Assembly (NCBI RefSeq): GCF_009831105.1
Contig: NZ_WUUQ01000007.1
Span: forward strand, 45,170 to 77,169
Source of the DNA: Copranaerobaculum intestinale
Lineage (GTDB): Bacteria > Bacillota_I > Bacilli_A > Erysipelotrichales > Erysipelotrichaceae
Direction of reading: 5' to 3'
Length of the DNA stretch: 32,000 bases
In this document: in pieces, positions 1-8,095 of the stretch
Position numbering within the stretch: the first letter of the stretch is position 1
Layout: each line of letters begins with the position of its first letter
The notes under the pieces: generated by a model
Database searches by the model: none
Seen by the model: only the letters and a program-made list of their open reading frames with translations
Told to the model about the DNA's origin: nothing
Program-made: the position numbers and the translations under genes

Positions 1-1
1 G

Positions 2-352
2 GATAGAGATTTCTGGCTTATTCTCGGATATTTTATCATTACCCCATTGGAAGCGATTCTATTATTCTATCTGACAATGACAGCTGTTCATACAAAGTAT
101 GTCAGAAAACATCGAGTGCTGATCGGCATCGCGCTGTACTTTGTTATCAGTTATGCGGTATCTTATGTAACGGATGTCATTCTGTCACTATCCAGCGGCG
201 CATTTGATACTGCCTTTTACCAGTCGGTATCGGTGGTTCAGTTCCGCAGTGAGGCACAAACATGGATGATGCTTGGATTCAGTGCTGTTTTGGCGGTCGT
301 ATATTTTATCGGCACCTGTTATATCCTGGATCATAAATTGGAAATTGAGTAA
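2..352 (+). CDS. Integral membrane protein, 5' partial (the reading frame is open from the window edge)
   Basis: The frame of the 47..352 ORF has no stop back to nt 2. The product is hydrophobic. Its TAA stop overlaps the next ATG (TAATG at 350-354). Confidence 0.5.
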   Translation, partial: DRDFWLILGYFIITPLEAILLFYLTMTAVHTKYVRKHRVLIGIALYFVISYAVSYVTDVILSLSSGAFDTAFYQSVSVVQFRSEAQTWMMLGFSAVLAVVYFIGTCYILDHKLEIE

Positions 353-564
353 TGAAAAATTGTCGCAGTACCATTGTAGCGACCATGATGGTATTTGTCT
401 GTAGTCTGCTTGCTATTTGTTATCGCTACCGCGATATTTTAATAAAGGATAAGGTATCACTGCTCCTTATCACGACAACCTTTGCAGTGATACTTTATTA
501 CTTCAAACGAACACTTGCTTATTCAAAAGTGAGTTTCCGATATAAAAGGAGGTTTCACCTATGA
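352..564 (+). CDS. Small two-TM membrane protein
   Basis: 70 aa with two hydrophobic segments. It overlaps both neighbours (TAATG upstream, ATGA downstream), which suggests translational coupling. Confidence 0.45.
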   Translation: MKNCRSTIVATMMVFVCSLLAICYRYRDILIKDKVSLLLITTTFAVILYYFKRTLAYSKVSFRYKRRFHL

Positions 565-914
565 AATTTGATCCTAATATTCCGATCTATTTACAGATCA
601 TGGATGATTTCAAAAAGGGGATTATTTCCGGCCTGTATCCACCGGCATCAAAAGTAGCTTCGGTGCGTGAACTGGCTGTCACATATGGGGTGAATCCCAA
701 TACGGTTCAACGCGCATTAGCGGAACTGGAGCGTACGGGAATGGTACGAAGTGAACGTACCAGCGGTCGTTTTATAACCAACGATGAAGAGCTTATCAAA
801 ACGCTGAGACAGGAAGTTGCCTTGGCACAGGTGAAACATTTCTTACAGGAATGTGAAGCAATGGGGCTTGGTCAGCAGGAAATTAAAGATATTTTAGCGA
901 CTCAATGGGACTGA
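561..914 (+). CDS. GntR-family transcriptional regulator, short YtrA-like subfamily
   Basis: Winged-HTH signature SVRELAVTYGVNPNTVQRALAELERTGMVRSERTSGRFI. Short (117 aa) with a helical C-terminus. AAGGAGG Shine-Dalgarno 8 nt upstream. Confidence 0.85.
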   Translation: MKFDPNIPIYLQIMDDFKKGIISGLYPPASKVASVRELAVTYGVNPNTVQRALAELERTGMVRSERTSGRFITNDEELIKTLRQEVALAQVKHFLQECEAMGLGQQEIKDILATQWD

Positions 915-931
915 TATACAGTCCCTTTTTT
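907..931 (+). terminator. Rho-independent terminator after the GntR gene
   Basis: GGGACTG-atata-CAGTCCC followed by TTTTTT. Confidence 0.65.
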
Positions 932-949
932 ATGGATAGTTGTTAACTG

Positions 950-1531
950 TCAATAATCGATCAAGCTGCTGACCTTCATCAGTTTTATCAGATATTGATG
1001 ATATAAAGGCATAAAAGTGGTAAACATCACTTCGGAAAGAGATGTGACACTGGCAAGCATGAGAATTGGCAGGGCACAGCCGATACAGATAAAGCAATAG
1101 CTCTGAAAGGCTTTCTGAAACAGCAGAATATCTGTCCTCATCGTTTTCAAGAGCAGCCCAAGAAAGAGCAGAATGTAACCTGCCGTTCCGCCGATTGCCA
1201 TTACCAAATGGATATTGGATAATAGCGGATAACGCTTTGGAAGGTAGGGAACGATGGTGGACAGCGGCATCATAATACAGCTGATCAGGATGCCCAACTG
1301 TAAGCCTCGATCACTGATATGCAGGCGTTTTAGAAAATAATGGAAGGAAAGGTAAAAATAGCTGCCGCTCAGTACGCCCCATCCGATGAAGCCAAAGCGT
1401 TTGTGTAGTGAATTTCCGATATAGGAAAGATTAAAATGAGTCAGCGGCATAGAAGCGGCCAGCAGAATAGACCAGATCGGCAAAATCCATGCTAGGGCAA
1501 TCATCATTGTCCGCAGCTTTTTTTCAGTCAT
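950..1531 (-). CDS. Polytopic membrane protein of unknown function
   Basis: About 6 hydrophobic helices. I chose the ATG at 1531 (MTEKKLRT...) because AAGGAAGGA lies just upstream. The track start at 1555 has no Shine-Dalgarno. Confidence 0.6.
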   Translation of the reverse strand: MTEKKLRTMMIALAWILPIWSILLAASMPLTHFNLSYIGNSLHKRFGFIGWGVLSGSYFYLSFHYFLKRLHISDRGLQLGILISCIMMPLSTIVPYLPKRYPLLSNIHLVMAIGGTAGYILLFLGLLLKTMRTDILLFQKAFQSYCFICIGCALPILMLASVTSLSEVMFTTFMPLYHQYLIKLMKVSSLIDY

Positions 1532-1600
1532 AAAATCCTTCCTTTCAACATGCAACAGTATAGTATATTTTCATAAAAATTGCCAGTTTATGTGAATGAA

Positions 1601-1630
1601 TTGACAAGTGTATGCATAGCATGCTATAGT
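1601..1630 (+). promoter_or_regulatory. Sigma-A type promoter for the riboswitch-ribU transcript
   Basis: TTGACA (1601-1606), 18-nt spacer, TGcTATAGT (extended -10, 1622-1630). Confidence 0.5.
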
Positions 1631-1637
1631 ACCGATG

Positions 1638-1752
1638 ACAAAACTTCAGGGTCGGGTGAAATTCCCAATCGGCGGTATACCCCGCAAGCCAAGGATGGCA
1701 GGAACCGGTGAAACTCCGGTGGCGACAGTAAAGTCTGGATGGAAGAAGTTGT
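1638..1752 (+). promoter_or_regulatory. FMN riboswitch (RFN element)
   Basis: Conserved RFN core strings CAGGGTCGGGTGAAATTCCCAATCGGCGGTA ... GGTGAAACTCCGG ... GCGACAGTAAAGTCTGGATGGAAGAAG. P1 pairs AACTTC (1642-1647) with GAAGTT (1745-1750). It sits upstream of a RibU-type gene. Confidence 0.9.
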
Positions 1753-1770
1753 TTTCTTTTTGATACCCCC

Positions 1771-1800
1771 AAAGGTTTTGTTGAAAAACCTTTTTTTGTT
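1771..1800 (+). terminator. Riboswitch expression-platform terminator
   Basis: AAAGGTTTT-gttga-AAAACCTTT followed by a T-tract, between the aptamer and the ribU Shine-Dalgarno. Confidence 0.65.
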
Positions 1801-1838
1801 TTCTGACAGAAAAAGGCTGACAAAGAGGAGGAGCATAT

Positions 1839-2459
1839 ATGTCAGAAAATCTTTCAACAAAAACAAAAAAGTCGATCTCCACTGCGATGATCGCCAAAAT
1901 CGCCATGCTGGGCGCACTGGCTGCGGTTGTGATGTTCTTTGAAGTACCGATTCCCTTTGTACCCCCGTTTTATAAACTGGGATTTGATGAGGTTATTGTG
2001 ATGATCGGCGGTTTTGCCTTTGGCCCGCTGCCGGCTATGGCGATCGAAGCAATCAAAATTCTGTTAAACTTTCTGATGAATGGCACCGATACCGGAGGGA
2101 TCGGAGAACTCTCGAATTTCTTGATCGGCTGTTCCTATGTTATTCCGGCAGCTTTGATTTATCGCCGTGCGAAAGATAAGCGTCATGCGTATCTCGGCTT
2201 GATCGCCGGCAGTATTTCCTTAGTGATTTTGGGAGCGCTGATTAATTATTATGTCATGCTTCCGGTTTATTCCAAGGTATTGGAACTGCCGATGGAGGTC
2301 ATCATTCAAGCTGGTTCAAAGCTGAATGGCTCGGTTGTCAATCTTGGCAGCTTCGTTTTGCTGATGACGACACCGTTCAATCTTTTGAAAGCAGTTCTTT
2401 GCTCATTGATCGTGCTTATTTCCTACAAGAAAGTATCTCCGCTGCTGCACCGTTCATAA
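1839..2459 (+). CDS. ribU: ECF-transporter S component for riboflavin (RibU/YpaA family)
   Basis: 206-aa, 6-TM protein with RibU-like N-terminal region (IAKIAMLGALAAVVMFFEVPIPF..FYKLGFDEV). FMN riboswitch directly upstream. AGAGGAGGAG Shine-Dalgarno. Confidence 0.85.
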   Translation: MSENLSTKTKKSISTAMIAKIAMLGALAAVVMFFEVPIPFVPPFYKLGFDEVIVMIGGFAFGPLPAMAIEAIKILLNFLMNGTDTGGIGELSNFLIGCSYVIPAALIYRRAKDKRHAYLGLIAGSISLVILGALINYYVMLPVYSKVLELPMEVIIQAGSKLNGSVVNLGSFVLLMTTPFNLLKAVLCSLIVLISYKKVSPLLHRS

Positions 2460-2486
2460 AAAAACCGATCAATTATCGGTTTTTTT
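2460..2486. terminator. Bidirectional terminator between convergent genes
   Basis: AAAACCGAT-caatt-ATCGGTTTT flanked by A and T tracts. Confidence 0.7.
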
Positions 2487-3255
2487 ATCGTTTTATGATA
2501 ATGGGTGACAACAAGCGGCAGCCACATTTTGCCTGCTTGACCGCTTCGATCAGAACACAGCGTGCATCTTCCTTTTGTTCATCGTAAACCGGCTGCACCT
2601 GTTTTACTTCCATATGAATTGCATGAAACCTTTCAATGATTTCACTTAATCGATCTGCGCGATGAACCAGATAACAATGGCCGCCGTCTTTCAACAGCCG
2701 ATTGATCTGATCAATCAGCGTTTTTAAATTTAGAGTTATTTCATGCCGGGCCATTTGCTTGGGTGTTGTTTGAATGCTTTGCTCGCTAAGGGGGAAATAG
2801 GGCGGATTGGAAATGATGACATCTACCGGCGTAATATCTACATCTTGAATATTCTGATGAAGAATCGAACATTGATCTTCCAGCTTATGAAGTCGGATGT
2901 TCTTTTTGGCGAGCAGACAGGCTTCGCCTTGCAGCTCGACCCCGATTATCTTCTGATCACTGTACTGCGCAGCCGCCAGCACCAATACACCATTGTTCGT
3001 GCCGATATCCAATACAGTATCATGCTTATGAATCCGCATGAAGCCAGCCAGCAGTACCGTGTCGGTATTGAAGCGAAACATCGTGCGGTGCTGATAGAGC
3101 TCTATACGAGGTTTCGGTAAATAATCATAGGTGAGGTTCAACGCTTCACATGCTGCTTTCCATTCGGCATACTGATTCAACCGCAATTCTGGCTGTTTGA
3201 TAGGATCAAACAGCAGTTCCTTCTGTATGATTTCTTCAATCTTTTTTATATTCAT
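2485..3255 (-). CDS. SAM-dependent N6-adenine methyltransferase, TrmN6/YfiC-like tRNA1(Val) m6A37 family
   Basis: Motif I VLDIGTNNGVL and motif IV ISNPPYF. I chose the start at ATG 3255 (MNIKKIEEII) with an upstream GAGG. The track's 59-aa N-terminal extension runs through the promoter region. Confidence 0.8.
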   Translation of the reverse strand: MNIKKIEEIIQKELLFDPIKQPELRLNQYAEWKAACEALNLTYDYLPKPRIELYQHRTMFRFNTDTVLLAGFMRIHKHDTVLDIGTNNGVLVLAAAQYSDQKIIGVELQGEACLLAKKNIRLHKLEDQCSILHQNIQDVDITPVDVIISNPPYFPLSEQSIQTTPKQMARHEITLNLKTLIDQINRLLKDGGHCYLVHRADRLSEIIERFHAIHMEVKQVQPVYDEQKEDARCVLIEAVKQAKCGCRLLSPIIIKR

Positions 3256-3391
3256 ATTTAACCTCGTTTCTCTTCCTATTTTATCATAACTGGCATGAAA
3301 CAGAAATCCCTTCGAAAAGGCAGAAAAAAGTGTATATGAACCGCTTGGAAACATGCTATAATGGGAACGTATGAATTGGGAGGTTAAAGGC

Positions 3392-3646
3392 ATGAATGAG
3401 AAAGAAAGAAGACGGGTAATCTTCTCGATCATCGCAGCGGCTGTATTTGTGATGACTTTGGTAGGAAGATTTGAGTTGAATATCGGTATGACATTTGGTT
3501 TCTTTATTCTTGGTATCAGTTTCCTGATGCAGGCAAATTATGCCCGCGAAGATGGATTGGATAAAGAGATGAAATCTAATACGATCGTCGGTTTGGTTGT
3601 ACTGGCAATCGGTGTATATTTCTTTGCATCCTGGCTGGCTGGATAA
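3392..3646 (+). CDS. Small membrane protein (3 predicted TM segments)
   Basis: GGGAGG Shine-Dalgarno before ATG 3392 (MNEKERRRV...). Hydrophobic product with a terminator directly after. Confidence 0.5.
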   Translation: MNEKERRRVIFSIIAAAVFVMTLVGRFELNIGMTFGFFILGISFLMQANYAREDGLDKEMKSNTIVGLVVLAIGVYFFASWLAG

Positions 3647-3670
3647 CACGGATTATTCCGTGTTTTTTTT
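3646..3670 (+). terminator. Rho-independent terminator
   Basis: ACACGGA-ttat-TCCGTGT followed by T7. Confidence 0.65.
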
Positions 3671-3828
3671 GGTTTTGCTTGACATTATAGTTACTATATC
3701 GTTTATGATGAAATAAAGGATGTGAAACTATGGCTGCCCAAACCGGCAGGCGATTACACAGTAATAAAGTAAGAGAGTACGGCTAGCGTGTTTCTTTCTG
3801 TTTTTGATGAAGAAAAGGAGAGAAAAAC

Positions 3829-4269
3829 ATGCAAGTCAGAACATTTAAACAAGACGATCAAACTGAATACTACCAAATGGCAGAAGCTTTTTATCACAGT
3901 GATGCGGCGGTAACCAATATTACAAAGGGACAACTGAGGCGGACTTTCCAGGAGATCATGAAGAATTCTCCGTATGTGAAAGGAATGATGCTTTGTGAGG
4001 CCTCTCAAATTGTCGGCTATGCGCTCCTCACATTTTCCTGGAGCTGTGAGATGGACGGCATCATTGTTACTGTTGATGAACTGTTTATCAAGCCAAAGTA
4101 CCGGAGTCATCGATATGGCTCACAATTTTTCAAATGGTTGGAAACCGCATATGATATTGATGATTATTCGTATTTTCTGGAAGTAAATCCGGAAAATCCC
4201 CGGGCTCGCAAGCTTTATGAACGCTTGGGATATCGAACCTGTCCCTATATTGCTATGCTGAAAAGCTAA
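3829..4269 (+). CDS. GNAT-family N-acetyltransferase
   Basis: 146 aa. Acetyl-CoA-binding-like segment LFIKPKYRSHRYGSQFF and C-terminal NPRARKLYERLGY. AAAAGGAGAG Shine-Dalgarno. Confidence 0.75.
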   Translation: MQVRTFKQDDQTEYYQMAEAFYHSDAAVTNITKGQLRRTFQEIMKNSPYVKGMMLCEASQIVGYALLTFSWSCEMDGIIVTVDELFIKPKYRSHRYGSQFFKWLETAYDIDDYSYFLEVNPENPRARKLYERLGYRTCPYIAMLKS

Positions 4270-4275
4270 ATTAAG

Positions 4276-4300
4276 AAAACTGCAGAATTCTGCAGTTTTT
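4276..4300. terminator. Bidirectional terminator
   Basis: AAAACTGCAG-aatt-CTGCAGTTTT perfect palindrome between convergent genes. Confidence 0.7.
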
Positions 4301-5118
4301 TAGCGGCTTTTGAGATATGCCTGATACTTATTGATGGCAATGGTTCGGTAAATGGCTTCCTGACGGCTTTCATACATCATCATTGCCCAACTGCACCAAA
4401 GCAAGTTGTGAAAGGTTTCCCAGACTGCCAGTTTCTCGTAGGGTATCGTTTGCTCAGCGAAATAGCGATGATAGAATTGTTCACGCTGGGCTGTGTCCGT
4501 AATATCGTTTTCAGTGAGAAAGCTCATAACGTCAAACAGGGGGTCATTATCAGCGGCATATTCGTAGTCGATCAAATACGTCTTAGCACCGCTGAAGAGA
4601 ATATTGCCGCTGACCCAATCATTGTGACAAAGTGTAGATGGTCTGTAGATATCCTGTGCCGCAGAAATGATTGTCTTGGGATCCGGCAATATCAGAAAGG
4701 GATTCTTCGTATAAGACTGATATTGCTTCAGCCGGGCAAATGGATCAAAACAGGAACCGATCGTTTGTTTCAACTGGTGAAGCCGGCGCATCAGATCGGC
4801 GGTTCGCTCCAACTTATGATCATCAGTACATTCCTGATATTCCAGGGCATCGGGCACAAAGTGCGTAATCCGGATGCCGGCAGCCGGATCAAAGTAATAT
4901 TCAGAAACATCCAGGCCTTTGTCCTGAATGATTTTTAGGGCTTTCTGCTCATCTTCAGCATGAATGATCTGTTCACTGTCTGAGCGTCTTATCCGAACCA
5001 TAAAGGTTTCCTGTTCAACCGTCAGCAAATAGTTGTCATTGGTTAAGCCCTTGTTTGTTTTGATAAGATTCAGCTGCTTACCTGGAAAGAGCAGTTGGAG
5101 CTGTTTTTCTAATTTCAT
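4300..5118 (-). CDS. Choline/ethanolamine kinase-family phosphotransferase (LicA/APH fold)
   Basis: Brenner motif HNDWVSGNILF plus LIDYEYA. N-terminal GLTNDNYLL. I chose the start at ATG 5118 (MKLEKQLQLL). The track's upstream extension overlaps the rdgB promoter region. Confidence 0.75.
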   Translation of the reverse strand: MKLEKQLQLLFPGKQLNLIKTNKGLTNDNYLLTVEQETFMVRIRRSDSEQIIHAEDEQKALKIIQDKGLDVSEYYFDPAAGIRITHFVPDALEYQECTDDHKLERTADLMRRLHQLKQTIGSCFDPFARLKQYQSYTKNPFLILPDPKTIISAAQDIYRPSTLCHNDWVSGNILFSGAKTYLIDYEYAADNDPLFDVMSFLTENDITDTAQREQFYHRYFAEQTIPYEKLAVWETFHNLLWCSWAMMMYESRQEAIYRTIAINKYQAYLKSR

Positions 5119-5191
5119 AGTATCACCGCTGTTATCATAGCATATTAACGTGAATTTTGGTAAAATAGGAGAAGTAAAAAGGAGTGGTTTG

Positions 5192-5779
5192 ATGAAAGAA
5201 ATCATGATTGCGACAAGCAATGCGCATAAAGTAAAAGAATTTAAAACCATGTTGGAACCGCTTGGCTATCAGGTAAAGAGTCTTTTGAATCTGGATGAAT
5301 CGATTGATATCGAGGAAAATGGAACGACCTTTGCCGAGAATGCGATGATCAAAGCAAAGACCATATACGATCTGCTGCATATAGAAGTACTGGCGGATGA
5401 TTCCGGGCTATGTGTAGATGCGATGGACGGAGCACCGGGAATTTACAGCGCCCGTTTCATGGGGCATGATACTTCCTATGCAATTAAGAATCGCTATATC
5501 ATTGAACAGTGCGAGGGAAAAGATCGCGGCTGCGCGTTTGTCTGTGCTATTGCCTATGTGGATAAAGAAGGAAACGGTCATGTGTTTGAAGGGGAGGTCC
5601 GCGGTACTGTGGCGCATGAGATCATCGGGGCAAAAGGTTTTGGTTACGATCCGATTTTTTATTACGAACCCTTTCATACAACCCTGGCAAATGTCAGTGA
5701 GGAACAAAAAAATGAGGTTTCTCATCGATCCAGAGCACTGGCAAAATTCTTATCGTATTTAAAGGAGGAAAATGTATGA
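5192..5779 (+). CDS. rdgB: Non-canonical purine NTP pyrophosphatase (RdgB/HAM1 family)
   Basis: IMIATSNAHKVKEF, DSGLCVDAMDGAPGIYSARF, GFGYDPIF and SHRSRA motifs. AAAAAGGAG Shine-Dalgarno before ATG 5192. Confidence 0.9.
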   Translation: MKEIMIATSNAHKVKEFKTMLEPLGYQVKSLLNLDESIDIEENGTTFAENAMIKAKTIYDLLHIEVLADDSGLCVDAMDGAPGIYSARFMGHDTSYAIKNRYIIEQCEGKDRGCAFVCAIAYVDKEGNGHVFEGEVRGTVAHEIIGAKGFGYDPIFYYEPFHTTLANVSEEQKNEVSHRSRALAKFLSYLKEENV

Positions 5780-6285
5780 TTCATGTTGTATTATATGAAC
5801 CGGAAATTCCTCAAAATACCGGTAATATCATGCGTACCTGCATGGCTGCCAATTTGAAGCTGCATCTCATCGAACCGCTTGGCTTTTATCTCGATGAAAA
5901 GCATGTTCGCCGCGCCGGCATGGACTATATCAAGGATTTGGATTACCGTGTTTATCCCAACTGGGAAGAATTTCTAAAGCTTCATCAAGACGGTGAATTT
6001 TATTATATGACACGATATGGTAAGAAAGCACCCTCGCAGTTTGACTTCACCCAGGCGAAACGTGATATTTATCTGGTTCTCGGCAAAGAAAGCACCGGGA
6101 TTCCAAAAGAAATTCTGTCTCAGCATCTGGACCGCTGTATGCGTCTGCCGATGGTACCGAACGCGCGTTCCTTAAATCTTTCCAATTGTGCCGCGATCAT
6201 TGTGTATGAGGTGCTGCGGCAGCTGGATTATCCGGGATTATGTACCCATGAAACACTGAAGGGTGAGGACTGGCTTACTCAATGA
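5776..6285 (+). CDS. trmL: tRNA (cytidine/uridine-2'-O-)-methyltransferase TrmL (SpoU/TrmH family, YibK type)
   Basis: VVLYEPEIPQNTGNIMRTC, LVLGKESTGIP and SLNLSNCAAIIVYE (knot region). 4-nt overlap with rdgB. Confidence 0.85.
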   Translation: MIHVVLYEPEIPQNTGNIMRTCMAANLKLHLIEPLGFYLDEKHVRRAGMDYIKDLDYRVYPNWEEFLKLHQDGEFYYMTRYGKKAPSQFDFTQAKRDIYLVLGKESTGIPKEILSQHLDRCMRLPMVPNARSLNLSNCAAIIVYEVLRQLDYPGLCTHETLKGEDWLTQ

Positions 6286-6863
6286 CCATGGATCGCTTCG
6301 TGGATACCCCATCAAAGCGGCGCTGCGCGTGGGTAGTATTAACTGCCTGTTTGCTTTTTGCGGGGGCAGTTCAAAACGGAAAGCTGGGACTGTCGATCCT
6401 ACCGGTCGAACGTTATGATGAACTGTTTGAGTTGCTGTCATCAAGAACCCTTTCCGGCAGTTATCTATCACGTACGATTTATACCGTGATCTCTCAGGCT
6501 TCGATTACGCCCTGGATCATTGCAAAAGCCGTGTTTGCCTCGCTGCAATTTTTTGAGATTTCGTTGATTGTGATCACGGGCGGTTTTCTCTTTATGAAGG
6601 GAAAGGACAGTAAGAGTCGGCGATGGCTGTATGTTGGTTTAAGCAGCTTTGTCATATTGCTTTTATTATGTATTTGGTGTGTCTGTCAGGGGTTATCTGC
6701 TGTATCCTTGAACATGGTAATCGATCAGCTCCATATCATTGGATTGCTTCTGATAGTTCAAAGCGGTTTTCAGATGCTTACATGTCTTGGCGCGATTTAC
6801 TGTTGTATCATGTATGACTATCTGCCGGCAATGAGAGTTACGGTAGAATATATCGAAGAATAA
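6282..6863 (+). CDS. Membrane protein of unknown function
   Basis: ATGA overlap with trmL. 4-5 hydrophobic helices. No motif recognised. Confidence 0.55.
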   Translation: MTMDRFVDTPSKRRCAWVVLTACLLFAGAVQNGKLGLSILPVERYDELFELLSSRTLSGSYLSRTIYTVISQASITPWIIAKAVFASLQFFEISLIVITGGFLFMKGKDSKSRRWLYVGLSSFVILLLLCIWCVCQGLSAVSLNMVIDQLHIIGLLLIVQSGFQMLTCLGAIYCCIMYDYLPAMRVTVEYIEE

Positions 6864-6866
6864 AAA

Positions 6867-6900
6867 AACAAGACGCTGATTGGTTCAGCGCCTTGTTTTA
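6867..6900. terminator. Bidirectional terminator
   Basis: AACAAGACGCTGA-ttgg-TCAGCGCCTTGTT (one mismatch), with an A-tract before and a T-tract after. Confidence 0.7.
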
Positions 6901-6902
6901 TA

Positions 6903-7145
6903 TTAGAACTCTTTCAGGTTCTTTAAGTTTGTGCTTTCGTCTCCGTCGTTCATACCGCGGATGTGACGTGCGCCGTCACGGCCGGTGAAAGGCAGAGCGT
7001 TTTCAATCAGGCCCTGTTCAACTGCTTCTAAAGCCTGTTCGTAGTCATACACTTTGCCAGTGCTGGATTTGAATTCTTTCAAAGTTCCATCAGAATTACG
7101 GCGTGCAGCTACGAAGCGTTCTTTTTTCTTGCTGTCTTTTTTCAT
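6903..7145 (-). CDS. Small soluble protein, DUF3892-like
   Basis: 80 aa. The pattern VAARRNSDGTLKEFKSSTGKVYDYEQALEAVEQG...GRDGARHIR...DGDESTNLKNL matches my recollection of the DUF3892 family. GGAGG Shine-Dalgarno. Confidence 0.6.
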   Translation of the reverse strand: MKKDSKKKERFVAARRNSDGTLKEFKSSTGKVYDYEQALEAVEQGLIENALPFTGRDGARHIRGMNDGDESTNLKNLKEF

Positions 7146-7208
7146 TTTTCTTTACCTCCTGACATTATTGTGAACAGCACCTGCATATTTATACACTGGA
7201 GGGATACT

Positions 7209-7898
7209 GTGAATTTTTGGAAATATCATGTGAACGGAAATGACTTTCTTTTGGTCCATCAAAAATCAAATATCAGTGAGAAACAAGGAATCCTGCTGTG
7301 TGATCGGCATAAAGGAATCGGAGCAGACGGCATTCTAATTGTGCGAGTTCACAAATTTGAAGTTTACTATCGCCATGTGAATGCGGACGGCAGTCATGCG
7401 GCGATGTGCGGCAATGGTATACGGTGTGTAGGGCACTGGTTTATGAGTCGCCATAAGTTGGATCGCTGTACGGTTCATATTGATGAAAGAGCGTATTCGC
7501 TTAGAATGAGCGGCGGGAATTTTGTAACACTGATCAGTGATATACCTGAGATATTGGGACGAAACCGCTACAACAGTGGGGTTGTGCATCTGATATCCTC
7601 CCGTTATCAGGCTCGAACGGATGCCAATGTGGATGTAGTTGAATATAGGGATCCACTGCATTTCCATATCCGTACGATAGAGCTGGGAGTAGGTCCGACT
7701 TTATCCTGCGGCACCGGTACCATGGCTGCATTTTATCACGGATACCGACATGGATATCTGCATCGTATCGCTATTGGAGCCAGTCCGGGCGGGGATAATC
7801 TGCTGCGTTGGGGAAACAACCAAATCTATATGTCGGCAATCGTTCATCCGGTTTTTCATGGTACCTGGATGGAAACCGAAAACGATAGCTTCCGATAA
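7209..7898 (+). CDS. Diaminopimelate epimerase-like protein (DapF fold, short and divergent)
   Basis: NGNDFLLV, the first catalytic-Cys motif MCGNGIRCV and the second SCGTGTMAA. GGAGGG Shine-Dalgarno 5 nt before GTG 7209. Only about 229 aa. Confidence 0.65.
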   Translation: MNFWKYHVNGNDFLLVHQKSNISEKQGILLCDRHKGIGADGILIVRVHKFEVYYRHVNADGSHAAMCGNGIRCVGHWFMSRHKLDRCTVHIDERAYSLRMSGGNFVTLISDIPEILGRNRYNSGVVHLISSRYQARTDANVDVVEYRDPLHFHIRTIELGVGPTLSCGTGTMAAFYHGYRHGYLHRIAIGASPGGDNLLRWGNNQIYMSAIVHPVFHGTWMETENDSFR

Positions 7899-7927
7899 TT
7901 GAAATATAAAGGTACTTCATGTATAAT
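7899..7927 (+). promoter_or_regulatory. Near-consensus sigma-A promoter
   Basis: TTGAAA (7899-7904), 17-nt spacer, TATAAT (7922-7927). Confidence 0.55.
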
Positions 7928-7945
7928 GTACCCGAGGTGAAAAAC

Positions 7946-8092
7946 ATGATTGAATGTATGGGCGATGTAATGTCTTTGCTCTGTCTGGTAAGCTTTCCAG
8001 TATTGATGATAATCATGTTTTTTGTGTCACTGCTGAAAAAGCGCAGGACAAAGCTCATTGCGAATCGCGAACAGTATTACAGGGAGTGGTAA
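7946..8092 (+). CDS. 48-aa single-TM small protein (not in the ORF track)
   Basis: GAGGTGA Shine-Dalgarno 5 nt before ATG 7946. Product MIECMGDVMSLLCLVSFPVLMIIMFFVSLLKKRRTKLIANREQYYREW. Its stop lies 3 nt before the TTG start of the next gene. Confidence 0.4.
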   Translation: MIECMGDVMSLLCLVSFPVLMIIMFFVSLLKKRRTKLIANREQYYREW

Positions 8093-8095
8093 AAA

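Noticed and set aside
1545-1942. Four overlapping track ORFs (1545..1823-, 1624..1917-, 1646..1906-, 1739..1942+).
   Set aside because: They lie across the FMN riboswitch, its terminator and the ribU start. They have no Shine-Dalgarno and odd composition. The RNA element explains the region.
3256-3432. Long N-terminal extensions in track ORFs (2485..3432, and similarly 4300..5250, 5150.., 23063.., 25179..).
   Set aside because: Internal ATG or GTG codons with proper Shine-Dalgarno sequences match family N-termini. The extensions run through promoter or terminator sequence of neighbouring genes.
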